Shown here: piece after piece, positions 20,805 to 29,696 of the stretch
Layout of the letters: the number at the start of each line of letters is the position of its first letter
Numbering within the stretch: position 1 is the stretch's first letter
Assembly (NCBI GenBank): GCA_963779415.1
Contig: CAVZYA010000001.1
Location: 480,001 to 544,000, forward strand
DNA: 64,000 nt
From: an uncultured Acidobacteriota bacterium
GTDB taxonomy: Bacteria > Acidobacteriota > Thermoanaerobaculia > UBA5066
Direction: 5' to 3'
Program-made: the position numbers and the translations under genes
The notes under the pieces: model-generated
What the model was told of the DNA's origin: nothing
What the model saw: the letters and a program-made list of their open reading frames with translations, nothing else
Databases searched by the model: none

Positions 20805-21589
20805 GAATCGCTTTCCCTCTCGCCGCCCGGCTCCTCCCGATGGCCGCGGCGCTCTTCGTCGGGGGCTGCGTCAGCGGCAGCGACATCGAGAGGCTTCAGC
20901 GCCAGATCAGCGGCGTCGAGAAGAAGGTCGACGCGCTCTCGTCGCAGGCCTCGTCGCGCGAGGAGGTCCAGAAGCTGAGCGACAGCCTCGGCAAGCAGTC
21001 GACGGCGCTCCTCCGCTCGAACGCCGAGATCGGGACGAAGTTCGACGACCTGAGCCGCGACATGCAGACCCTCGCCGGGAAGCTGGAGGACGCGAACCGC
21101 CGGCTCCGCGAGGTCTCGCAGCAGCTCGCCGAGATGCAGGCCCGCGCCTCCGGCGCCGCGGGAGCCCCCCCGGCCACGGCCGCCGCCGCCGGGGCAAAGG
21201 CCGCCTCACCCGCCGATCTCTACTCGCAGGCGACGGCGGATTACCAGCGCGGGCAGTTCGACCTCGCCCGCCAGGGTTTCCAGGAATACCTCGACTCCTA
21301 CCCGAAGACCGACCTCTCCGACGACGCCGCCTACTGGATCGGCGAGTGCTACGCCGCCCAGAAGAAGCCGCGGGAGGCGATCGCCGCATGGGAGCGCCTC
21401 TTCAAACAGTACCCCGACAGCGACCGGGCCGCGGCGGCGCACCTGAAGAAAGGGGTCGCCCACCTCGATCTCGGCGAAAAGGCGCAGGCCATCGTCGAGA
21501 TGCAGTTCGTCGTTCACGAGTATCCCCGCTCGGACGAGGCGAAGAGCGCGCGGCAGCGCCTGAAGACGCTGGGCGCCGACGCCCGTTAG
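20801..21589 (+). CDS. cpoB: Tol-Pal coordinator CpoB/YbgF (coiled coil + TPR)
   Basis: Lipoprotein-like signal, coiled coil, TPRs (AAYWIGECY). Directly after pal. Confidence 0.9.
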   Translation: MRIAFPLAARLLPMAAALFVGGCVSGSDIERLQRQISGVEKKVDALSSQASSREEVQKLSDSLGKQSTALLRSNAEIGTKFDDLSRDMQTLAGKLEDANRRLREVSQQLAEMQARASGAAGAPPATAAAAGAKAASPADLYSQATADYQRGQFDLARQGFQEYLDSYPKTDLSDDAAYWIGECYAAQKKPREAIAAWERLFKQYPDSDRAAAAHLKKGVAHLDLGEKAQAIVEMQFVVHEYPRSDEAKSARQRLKTLGADAR

Positions 21590-21626
21590 GGTCCGCGCGA
21601 CACCACGAAGCCAGAAGGAAGGAAGA

Positions 21627-21902
21627 ATGGCCAACACCAAGCAGGCGAAGAAGCGCGCCGCCCAGAACGTCCGGCGCCGCGTGAGAAACCGCTCCATCCT
21701 CACCCGCGTCCGGCATGCCGTCCGCGACCTCCGCGCCGCCGCGGTCGAAGGGGCCGAGAAGGCGCCCGAGACGCTCAGGCAGATCGTCTCCGACCTCGAC
21801 CGCGCCGTGAAGAAAGGGGTCGTTCATCACAACACGGCATCGCGGCTGAAGTCCCGCGTGACGAAGTCCGTGGCGAAAGGGGCAACGGGCGCGAAGAAGT
21901 AG
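21627..21902 (+). CDS. rpsT: 30S ribosomal protein S20
   Basis: MANTKQAKKRA...DRAVKKGVVHHNTASRLKSR. Confidence 0.97.
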   Translation: MANTKQAKKRAAQNVRRRVRNRSILTRVRHAVRDLRAAAVEGAEKAPETLRQIVSDLDRAVKKGVVHHNTASRLKSRVTKSVAKGATGAKK

Positions 21903-21905
21903 CGG

Positions 21906-22418
21906 CTAGAACCCTTCGAGGATCGTCGCGACGACGCTCCGGGCGAAGGGCTGGGCGAGCTGGTCCACGGCGAGGATCTCCGGGTTGAAGTAAGTCGAGT
22001 TCTGGACCGGGACGGGGTACGGCTGCCGGAAGAGGAACGCCGGGTCGTCGAAGAGGACCTTGTCCGTCTTCCGGTCGGTGAGCGTGATCCGGGCCATGAC
22101 CATGACCTGGTACTCGAGCGCCCGCCCCTGTGCGTCGAACTGGACCGGCTGGAGCGAGTAGCTCGTCACCCGGCCGACGAGGACGGAGTCCGCCTGCTCG
22201 AGGCTCCTGGCAGGCGTGAGCCGGCGGCGCGCCGATAGCTCGCGGAGGACAGCGCTCGTGAGCCGCTGCTCGAGGCTGACGACGCTCGTATCGTTGATGA
22301 ACGCCGGGACCCAGACCGTCCGGACGTCCTCGGGGAGCCACCCCTTGCTCGTCCCGACGAGGCTGTATCCGCAGCCGGCGAGGCCGAGCACGATGGCGGT
22401 CGCGACAAGGGAGCGCAT
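21906..22418 (-). CDS. lptE: LPS assembly lipoprotein LptE family
   Basis: Lipobox LAGCGY, VWVPAFINDT. Immediately downstream of leuS, the conserved synteny. Confidence 0.85.
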   Translation of the reverse strand: MRSLVATAIVLGLAGCGYSLVGTSKGWLPEDVRTVWVPAFINDTSVVSLEQRLTSAVLRELSARRRLTPARSLEQADSVLVGRVTSYSLQPVQFDAQGRALEYQVMVMARITLTDRKTDKVLFDDPAFLFRQPYPVPVQNSTYFNPEILAVDQLAQPFARSVVATILEGF

Positions 22419-24961
22419 CACCGGACCACGAGGTTCAGGAGCCGGTCCGGAACGAAGACCGTCCGGACGCGGGTCTTCCCGTCCAGCCATTTCGCGATCG
22501 ACGGGTCGCGGCCGGCTTCCGCCACGACCTCGGCCTCGGCGGTTCCCCGCGCGACATGGATCTGGCCCCGCACCTTGCCGCTCACCTGCACGATCACGGT
22601 CGCACGCTCCTCCACCGCGAGGGCCGGATCGAACGAGGGCCAGCCGGCGAGGAGGAGGCTCGTCCCGAAGCCGATCCGCTCGTTCAGCTCCTCGGTCAGG
22701 TGCGGGGCGACCGGGTGCATGAGCGAAAGGAGCGTCCGGACCGAGGCCGCGGTCTCTCCCGGCTCGGCGGCCGGATCGTTCACGAGGTCCGCGACCTGGC
22801 GGGAGAACTCCATCAGGCGGGCGACCGCCGTGTGGAAGGAGAAGGCGTCGAAATCCTCCGTCACACGCCTCACGGCCATGTGACGAAGGCGCGCCGCCGG
22901 CGTGTCGGCTCTCTTCGGGGCGCCGTTCGGGTCGCCGCCCGAGGCGGCGAACTTCTCCACCGCCGTCCGGACGCGCGAGAGGAAGCGCTCCACCCCCGCG
23001 ATCCCGTCGTCGCTCCACTCGGCCTCCTTCTCGGCCGGCCCGAGGAAGAGGACGAAAGCCCGGACGGCGTCGGAGCCTTTCTCGGCGATCAGAGGGTCGA
23101 GCGACACCGCGTTCCCGCGCGACTTGGACATCTTCTCGACGCGCCCCGTGGGAGAGAGGCGCGTGATCATCCCCTGGTTGAAGAGGGCCGAGAACGGCTC
23201 CTCGAAGGAGACGAGGCCGAGGTCCTTCATGACCCGGGCGAAGAAACGCGCGTAGAGAAGGTGCAGGATCGCGTGCTCGATCCCGCCGATGTACTGCGTC
23301 ACCGGCGCCCATCGCCGGACGATCTCCCGGTCGAAGGGGGCGGCGCGGTTCCTGGGGTCGAGGTACCGGAGGAAATACCAGGAAGAGTCGACGAACGTGT
23401 CCATCGTGTCGGTCTCGCGCCGGGCCGCGCGCCCGCAGCGCGGGCACGGCGTCCTGACGAACGAATCGACTTTCGTCAGCGGATTTCCCCCCTCTCCCGT
23501 GAAGGGAGCGTCGGGGGGGAGGATGACCGGAAGCTCCGACTCCGGCACCGGAACCCAGCCGCACCTCTCACAATGGACCATCGGGATCGGCGTCCCCCAG
23601 TAGCGCTGCCGCGAAATGAGCCAGTCGCGAAGCCGGTAGCGGACGCGCGCCCCTCCGATCCCCCGCTTTTCGGCCTCCGCGGCGATCGCCTCGCCGGCCG
23701 GTGAAGAAGACATTCCCGTGAAAGGACCAGAGGCGACCAGCACGCCTTCTCCCGCGTAGCACTCGATCGAACCCGCCGCCGCGACCGTGCCGCCCGTGCT
23801 TCGAGTTTCTCTTTCTTTCTTTCTAAGAGAATCTTCCGGGTCTTTCCTTCCATCCGCTTCCGGCTCGATGACCTTCACGATCCCGATGCCGTACTTGTTC
23901 GCGAACTCGTAGTCGCGCGTGTCGTGCGCGGGGACGGCCATCAGCGCACCGGTTCCGTATCCGGCGATGACGAAGTTCGCAAGCCAGACCGGGATCGTCT
24001 CTCCGGTGAACGGGTTGATCGCGGTCCGCCCCGTGTCGCGCCCGTCCTTCTCTGCTTCTTCCGCCTCCCGGTCGATACGCTGCTGGTTCCGGATGGAGGT
24101 GACCCACGTCTCCAGAGCGGCGCGGTCGGGGTGTCCCTCGAGAAGCCGAGGGACCATCGGGTGCTCGGGCGCCAGGATCAGCGCCGTGGCGCCGAAGACG
24201 GTGTCGGGGCGGGTCGTGAAGACGCGGATCTTCTCGCCGAGGGAGGGGATCGCGAAGTCGAGGTCCGCCCCCACGGACCGGCCGATCCAGTTCTTCTGCA
24301 TGAGGCGGACCTTCTCGGGCCACTTCCCGAGCTGATCCAGACCGGCGAGGAGGGAGTCCGCATACTCGGTGATCCGGAGGAACCACTGCTCCAGCTCGCG
24401 CTGGACGACGGGCGTCCCGCACCGCTCGCAGGTCCCCCCTTCCGCCTGCTCGTTCGCGAGGACGGTGGCGCAGGAAGGGCACCAGTTCACCGGCGCCTTC
24501 CGCCGGACGGCGAGCCCTCGCTCGAGCATCTTCAGGAAGAGCCACTGGTTCCACCGGTAGTACTCCGGCTCGCAGGTGGTGACTTCCTTCGTCCAGTCGT
24601 AGAGGACGCCCCACGACCGGAACTGTTCCTTCATCACCCGGATGTTCTCGAGCGTCGAGGCACGCGGATGGATCCCCTTCTGGATGGCGTAGTTCTCGGC
24701 CGGAAGTCCGAAGGCGTCCCACCCCATCGGGTTGAAGACCGTCCGGCCGCGCTGCCGGAGATACCGGTAGAGCGCGTCGGTCAGGTAGTACGTCCGGGCG
24801 TGCCCGACGTGAAGCCGGTCTCCGGAAGGGTACGGGAGCATCACGAGGAGATAGGTCCCGGATCGGGAGGGGTCGGCGGTGTCGACGTACGCGATCCGGT
24901 CGGCGTCCCAGCGCGCCTGCCATTTCTTCTCGACGGCGAGGATCTCTTCGCTCCGGCTCAT
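22418..24961 (-). CDS. leuS: Leucine--tRNA ligase
   Basis: [47 protein letters not shown]. Confidence 0.98.
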   Translation of the reverse strand: MSRSEEILAVEKKWQARWDADRIAYVDTADPSRSGTYLLVMLPYPSGDRLHVGHARTYYLTDALYRYLRQRGRTVFNPMGWDAFGLPAENYAIQKGIHPRASTLENIRVMKEQFRSWGVLYDWTKEVTTCEPEYYRWNQWLFLKMLERGLAVRRKAPVNWCPSCATVLANEQAEGGTCERCGTPVVQRELEQWFLRITEYADSLLAGLDQLGKWPEKVRLMQKNWIGRSVGADLDFAIPSLGEKIRVFTTRPDTVFGATALILAPEHPMVPRLLEGHPDRAALETWVTSIRNQQRIDREAEEAEKDGRDTGRTAINPFTGETIPVWLANFVIAGYGTGALMAVPAHDTRDYEFANKYGIGIVKVIEPEADGRKDPEDSLRKKERETRSTGGTVAAAGSIECYAGEGVLVASGPFTGMSSSPAGEAIAAEAEKRGIGGARVRYRLRDWLISRQRYWGTPIPMVHCERCGWVPVPESELPVILPPDAPFTGEGGNPLTKVDSFVRTPCPRCGRAARRETDTMDTFVDSSWYFLRYLDPRNRAAPFDREIVRRWAPVTQYIGGIEHAILHLLYARFFARVMKDLGLVSFEEPFSALFNQGMITRLSPTGRVEKMSKSRGNAVSLDPLIAEKGSDAVRAFVLFLGPAEKEAEWSDDGIAGVERFLSRVRTAVEKFAASGGDPNGAPKRADTPAARLRHMAVRRVTEDFDAFSFHTAVARLMEFSRQVADLVNDPAAEPGETAASVRTLLSLMHPVAPHLTEELNERIGFGTSLLLAGWPSFDPALAVEERATVIVQVSGKVRGQIHVARGTAEAEVVAEAGRDPSIAKWLDGKTRVRTVFVPDRLLNLVVR

Positions 24962-24997
24962 GCGAGGCGCGAGTGTAGACGAATCGGGTCCGTGCGA

Positions 24998-26266
24998 TCA
25001 GTCGCCGCGCGACGCGACGGCGGCCTGGCGCGGACGCGCGAGAACGCTTCCCTTCTCCGCCGAGGGAAGAGGAGGCGCCCCGGCCTCGCCCGAGGCCAGG
25101 GCCGGCCGGACGCCGAAGCGCCGGTCGGGCGGATCGGCGAGGGCGAGATGGCGGACGGTGAGGCGGTTCGCGAGCCCTCCGGGGTCGGAAGGAATCCAGC
25201 CGAGACCCGGGATGAAGGCCTCGATCCAGCGGTGACGCACCCCGCCGAGACCGGCGTTCCATGCCGCGCGCGATTCGGGCGCCAGCTCGTCGGGCGTGGC
25301 CGCGACGAGAACTCCCGTCACCTGCCGCGCCGGAATCCCGGCCCGGACGAGAAGGTCTTCCGCGAGGAGGGAGCGCCCGACGCACGAGCCGCGTCCGGTT
25401 CGGAGCGTCCGCTCCGCCGTCTCCCGCTCTCCGTCGGGAAGCGCATACCCGATCTCCCCCGCCGTGTACCCGATCACCTGCTCCACGGCCTCGAGCGCCG
25501 AGCGGCAGTCGGACGTGAGCCGGCGCGAGAGAGCTTCCGCTGCCGGATCGGCAGGGCGCCTTGCGGATAGCACGGCGCGCGCGTCGGGCGGAAGAGAGTC
25601 CCGTCGAAGCGGAATCGCCACCGAGTCGGGAAGCGGGCTGAGGTCGATACCGACGGTGGCCACGAGCGTTTTTCCGTCCCGGGACGAGAGGACCACGCGG
25701 TAGCCGTCATCCTCCACGGCCTGAACGTGCCGCCACGGAGCGGGACCGGAAAGGACGTACGCCATCTCGTCCTTCCCGGCGGCCGGCGCCCCCGCCAGAG
25801 GGCTCGCCAGAAGCGCGGCGAGAAGAAGAACGCCGGCCTGACGCCCGCTTCCCTTCCCGTCCGCTCGCGCCCTCCGGATCCCGTCGAGGACGCCGTTCAC
25901 GAAGGAGCCCGAGGAGGGGGTCGAGAACTTCTTGGCGATCTCGACGGCTTCGTTGATGACGACGGGGGCCGGCGTCTCGGGCTCGTGGAGGAGCTCGTAG
26001 AGGGCGAGCCGGAGGAGGTTGCGGTCCACCGCCGGCATTCGCCCTAGCCGCCAGTGCTCCGAGCGCTCCGAGAGGATGTCGTCCAGCTCCGCCCGCCGGG
26101 CGAGCGTCCCCGCGACGAGGCGCGCCGCGTACTCCTGGACGTCGGGACGGGAGAGAACGAACTCCTCCGTCCGGGCGTACATCTCCTCGGGAGGCGTTCC
26201 GGCGAGGTCGTTCTGATAGAGGAGCTGGAGGGCCAGCTCCCGCGCTTTCCGGCGGCGACCGCTCAT
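24998..26266 (-). CDS. nusB: NusB fused via a hydrophobic segment to a transglutaminase-like domain
   Basis: N-terminal RRKARELALQLLY...DRNLLRL...NEAVEIAKKF...FVNGVLD. C-terminal GSCVG / HRWIE / SDP Cys-His-Asp triad. Follows ribH. Confidence 0.85.
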   Translation of the reverse strand: MSGRRRKARELALQLLYQNDLAGTPPEEMYARTEEFVLSRPDVQEYAARLVAGTLARRAELDDILSERSEHWRLGRMPAVDRNLLRLALYELLHEPETPAPVVINEAVEIAKKFSTPSSGSFVNGVLDGIRRARADGKGSGRQAGVLLLAALLASPLAGAPAAGKDEMAYVLSGPAPWRHVQAVEDDGYRVVLSSRDGKTLVATVGIDLSPLPDSVAIPLRRDSLPPDARAVLSARRPADPAAEALSRRLTSDCRSALEAVEQVIGYTAGEIGYALPDGERETAERTLRTGRGSCVGRSLLAEDLLVRAGIPARQVTGVLVAATPDELAPESRAAWNAGLGGVRHRWIEAFIPGLGWIPSDPGGLANRLTVRHLALADPPDRRFGVRPALASGEAGAPPLPSAEKGSVLARPRQAAVASRGD

Positions 26267-26282
26267 GGATCGCCCGGCCGGC

Positions 26283-26774
26283 CTACTGGCCCTTCCGGCC
26301 CGATGAGCCCTTCAGTCGCGCGCGGAGGTCGGCGGACTCGATGGCGGCGACGGCCGCTTCGTACCCCTTGTTGCCCCCCTTCGCCCCGGAACGCTCCAGC
26401 GCCTGCTCGAGCGTGTCGCACGTGAGGACTCCGAGGGAGATGGGAAGGTCCACTTCGAGCGAGACGTGAAAGACCCCCTTGGCGACTTCGCTCGCGATGT
26501 AGTCGAAGTGCGGCGTCCCCCCCCGGACGACCGCCCCGATCGCGATCAGCGCGTCGAAGCGCCCGACCCGCGCGAGGTCGCGCAGCGAGAGCGGGAGTTC
26601 CCAGGCGCCGGGTGTCCGGACGACGACGATGTCGTCCTCGGCCGCCCCGTGCCGGCGGAGCGCGTCGAGGGCGCCGTCGAGAAGGCGCGAGACGACGAGG
26701 TCGTTCGTGCGCGACGCCACGAGACCGAAGCGGCGGCCCTTGGCGGAGAGGTTCCCTTCGATTGTGGAAGTCAT
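26283..26774 (-). CDS. ribH: 6,7-dimethyl-8-ribityllumazine synthase
   Basis: PGAWELP, GAVVRGGTPHFDY, GNKG. Confidence 0.97.
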   Translation of the reverse strand: MTSTIEGNLSAKGRRFGLVASRTNDLVVSRLLDGALDALRRHGAAEDDIVVVRTPGAWELPLSLRDLARVGRFDALIAIGAVVRGGTPHFDYIASEVAKGVFHVSLEVDLPISLGVLTCDTLEQALERSGAKGGNKGYEAAVAAIESADLRARLKGSSGRKGQ

Positions 26775-26789
26775 CGATCGCGAAGTTTA

Positions 26790-27809
26790 TCAGGCGCCCG
26801 CCGGCGCGGCGAGGGCGCCGATCCGGGCGTGGATCCCCGCCGTTCCGAAGTTCTCCGCGTACCGCGCGACGAACTCGCTTCGTGAGTAGCGGCGAGGCTG
26901 CGGGCCGAGGCTCTCCAGCGCGAAGACGGCGGCGATGCTCCCGGCCCGGCCGGCCACCTCCCAGGGAAGGCCGCGGCGCCGCGCCGCGAGGAGACCCGCA
27001 CGGAAGGCGTCGCCCACGCCCGTCGGATCCAGAGCCGAGGTCCGGAGCCGGGCCGGCGGGATACGGCACGTCACGGCGCCGTCCGGCGCATCCGGCGTCC
27101 CGCCCCGGAGGGCGATCGTGGAGCCGTCCCCGCCGCGTGTCACGATGACGACGGGAACGCGCGCGAGGATCTCGGCTTCGGAGAGCCCGGTCTTCTTCCC
27201 GATGATCCCGAACTCGTATTCGTTCCCGATCAGGATCTCCGCCCCGTCGAGCCCCGTCAGGAGGTCCTCCGCCGAGAGGCGCGCGACCTGCTGGCTCGGG
27301 TCGTAGAGGAACGGAATTCCCAGTTCCCGGCACTCGCGCGAGTACGCATCCATCGCGGCGGGGTCGTTCGGTGCGACGACGGCGAGGCCGATCGTCGACG
27401 GCTCGAAGCGGGAGAGAGGGATCTCACCGGCCCTCTTCATCGCTCCCGCATAGAACGTCGCGATCTGGTTCTGCTCCTGATCGGTCGAGACGAAGAAGCT
27501 CGCCGTGAAGAGGTCCTCGAAGAGGACGAACCCCGAGACGTCCACCCCGTCGGCCGCGAGCGAGTCGCGGTAGTCCGCCGCGTCGATTCCGCCCGCCGCC
27601 ACGACGAGCGGCCGTTCCCCGAGGAGCGCCAGGCTGTACGCGATGTTCGGGGCGACGCCCCCACGGACGCGGCGCATCTCGTCGACGAGGAACGAGACGG
27701 AGAGGCGGTGCATCCGGTCCGGGACGACGACGTCGAGAAACTTCCCGGGGAAGGTCATCAGGTAGTCGAAGGCGACCGACCCGGTGACGGCGATCCGTCC
27801 GGCCCTCAT
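26790..27809 (-). CDS. PfkB-family carbohydrate kinase, adenosine-kinase-like
   Basis: VTGSVAFDYLMTFPG, GGVAPNIAY, YDPSQQ, DPTGVGDAFRAG. Adjacent to MTAP. Confidence 0.85.
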   Translation of the reverse strand: MRAGRIAVTGSVAFDYLMTFPGKFLDVVVPDRMHRLSVSFLVDEMRRVRGGVAPNIAYSLALLGERPLVVAAGGIDAADYRDSLAADGVDVSGFVLFEDLFTASFFVSTDQEQNQIATFYAGAMKRAGEIPLSRFEPSTIGLAVVAPNDPAAMDAYSRECRELGIPFLYDPSQQVARLSAEDLLTGLDGAEILIGNEYEFGIIGKKTGLSEAEILARVPVVIVTRGGDGSTIALRGGTPDAPDGAVTCRIPPARLRTSALDPTGVGDAFRAGLLAARRRGLPWEVAGRAGSIAAVFALESLGPQPRRYSRSEFVARYAENFGTAGIHARIGALAAPAGA

Positions 27810-28675
27810 CTCCAGTACTTCTCCATCAGGAGCGAGAGACGCTTCCGCGTCGGCTCCGGGACGTCCTCGCGGCGGGTCAGGACGGCGAACCTCAGCGCCT
27901 CGCGGCAGGCGCAGCGCCGCGCGGCGTCGATCCGGGGGACGGCGGCGGCGAAGACGGCATTGGCCGTCCCCGCGTTGGCCCGAAGGACCTCGAGGATCGT
28001 CCCGACGGAGACGGCCTGCTCCTCCTCGTGCCAGCAGTCGTAGTCGGTCACGAGGGCCATCGTCGCGTAGCAGATCTCGGCTTCGCGGCAGAGCTTCGCT
28101 TCCTGGACGTTCGTCATCCCGATCACGTCCACGCCCCAGGAGCGGTAGAGGAAAGACTCGGCTTTCGTCGAGAACTGCGGCCCCTCCATCCCGAGGTAGA
28201 CCCCCCCCGTGTGGACGCGGGCGCCTCCTGAACGGGCGGCGGCGTCCAGCACTTCGAGAAGCTGCGGGCAGACGGGGTGGGCGAGCGAAACGTGGGCCAC
28301 GCACCCCTCCCCGAAGAAGGTCGCGGTCCTCCGGTGGGTCCGGTCGATGAACTGATCCGGAAGGACGAGATCCGTCGGCCGGTAGGAATCCTTCATCGAC
28401 CCGCATGCGGAGGCCGAGATCAGGGCGTCGCACCCCAGCTCCTTGAAGCCCCAGACGTTCGCGCGGAAGTTGATCTCCGACGGAAGGATGTCGTGCTTCC
28501 GGCCGTGCCGGGCGAGGAAGGCGACCGGCGTCCCGGAAAGCTCTCCCACGACGAACGCATCGGAGGGCCATCCGAAAGGGGTCTCGAGCCGGACCTCGCT
28601 CGTGGTCTCGAGGCCGGGAAGGCCGTAGAGACCCGACCCGCCGATCAGGCCGATCCGGCCGCGCGGCTGGGTCAT
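27806..28675 (-). CDS. mtnP: S-methyl-5'-thioadenosine phosphorylase
   Basis: IGGSGLY, ARHG, EGPQFST.AES, GMT..QEAKLCRE, VTDYDCW. Confidence 0.93.
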   Translation of the reverse strand: MTQPRGRIGLIGGSGLYGLPGLETTSEVRLETPFGWPSDAFVVGELSGTPVAFLARHGRKHDILPSEINFRANVWGFKELGCDALISASACGSMKDSYRPTDLVLPDQFIDRTHRRTATFFGEGCVAHVSLAHPVCPQLLEVLDAAARSGGARVHTGGVYLGMEGPQFSTKAESFLYRSWGVDVIGMTNVQEAKLCREAEICYATMALVTDYDCWHEEEQAVSVGTILEVLRANAGTANAVFAAAVPRIDAARRCACREALRFAVLTRREDVPEPTRKRLSLLMEKYWR

Positions 28676-29622
28676 CGGCTCCGGCCGATCTCCTCGAGGA
28701 TCTCGAGAGCGAGACTCAGCGCGGCGCGCCCCGCCTCTCCCGTCACCTCGGGCTCGGACCGCTCGCGGCAGGCCCGGAGGAATGCGGCATCCTCGCTCGT
28801 GAGGGGATCGGCCGGCAGAACCGCCACCGGCCACTCCACGATCCGGGGCGGGCCCGTGAAGCGGTCGAGCCGGAAGGCGGTGACGTCGCGCTTCTGCGTG
28901 TCGATGGAGAAATACCAGTCGGGCTGGAAGAAGCGGAACTTCCGCGTCCGTTCCTGCGAGACGCGAGAGGCCGTCAGGTTGGCCACGCACCCGCCCTCGA
29001 AGGAGAGCCGGACCGACGCGATGTCGATCCGATCCGTGAGAATGGGGACGCCGACGGCGCGAATCTCCTTCACGGGGCGCCCCACGAGGTCGAGCGCGAT
29101 GTCGAGATCGTGGACGAGAAGGTCGAGGACGACGTCCACGTCGAGAGCCCGGGGGACGAAGACGCCGAGGCGGTGTGCTTCGATGAACTTCACGTCCGTC
29201 ACGAGCGGCCGGACCGCGGCCACGGCCGGATTGAACCGCTCGATGTGTCCGACCTGGAGGATCCGCCCCTTCTCCCGCGCCAGGCGGACGAGGCCGTCCG
29301 CCTCGGGGAGCGTCGCGGTGACCGGCTTCTCGACGAGGACGTCGGCGCCCCCGGCGAGCAGCTCCTCGGCCACGTCGGCGTGCGTCGACGTCGGCGACGC
29401 GACGACGACGGCGGTTGCACCCGCTTCGAGAAGCTCGCGGATCGATCCGCGCCGGACCATTCCGCTGGCGCCGTGCGCCGCTTCGATCGCGGCGGCCTTC
29501 GCGTCGTCCGGCTCGACGAATCCGATCGGCGCCGAGCCATCCAGCTCGCAGAGAATCCGCGCGTGGTGACGCCCGAGGTATCCACAGCCGACGACGCCCG
29601 TCCGAATCCGCTCTTCCGGCAT
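28672..29622 (-). CDS. Gfo/Idh/MocA oxidoreductase (GnnA-like)
   Basis: [38 protein letters not shown]. Confidence 0.85.
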   Translation of the reverse strand: MPEERIRTGVVGCGYLGRHHARILCELDGSAPIGFVEPDDAKAAAIEAAHGASGMVRRGSIRELLEAGATAVVVASPTSTHADVAEELLAGGADVLVEKPVTATLPEADGLVRLAREKGRILQVGHIERFNPAVAAVRPLVTDVKFIEAHRLGVFVPRALDVDVVLDLLVHDLDIALDLVGRPVKEIRAVGVPILTDRIDIASVRLSFEGGCVANLTASRVSQERTRKFRFFQPDWYFSIDTQKRDVTAFRLDRFTGPPRIVEWPVAVLPADPLTSEDAAFLRACRERSEPEVTGEAGRAALSLALEILEEIGRSR

Positions 29623-29696
29623 GGCGCGCGAAGTGTACATGGCGTCGTGCGACGACTTGCTCTTCGCGGCGGCGGCGGGTTACCTTCGCCGGTCCG

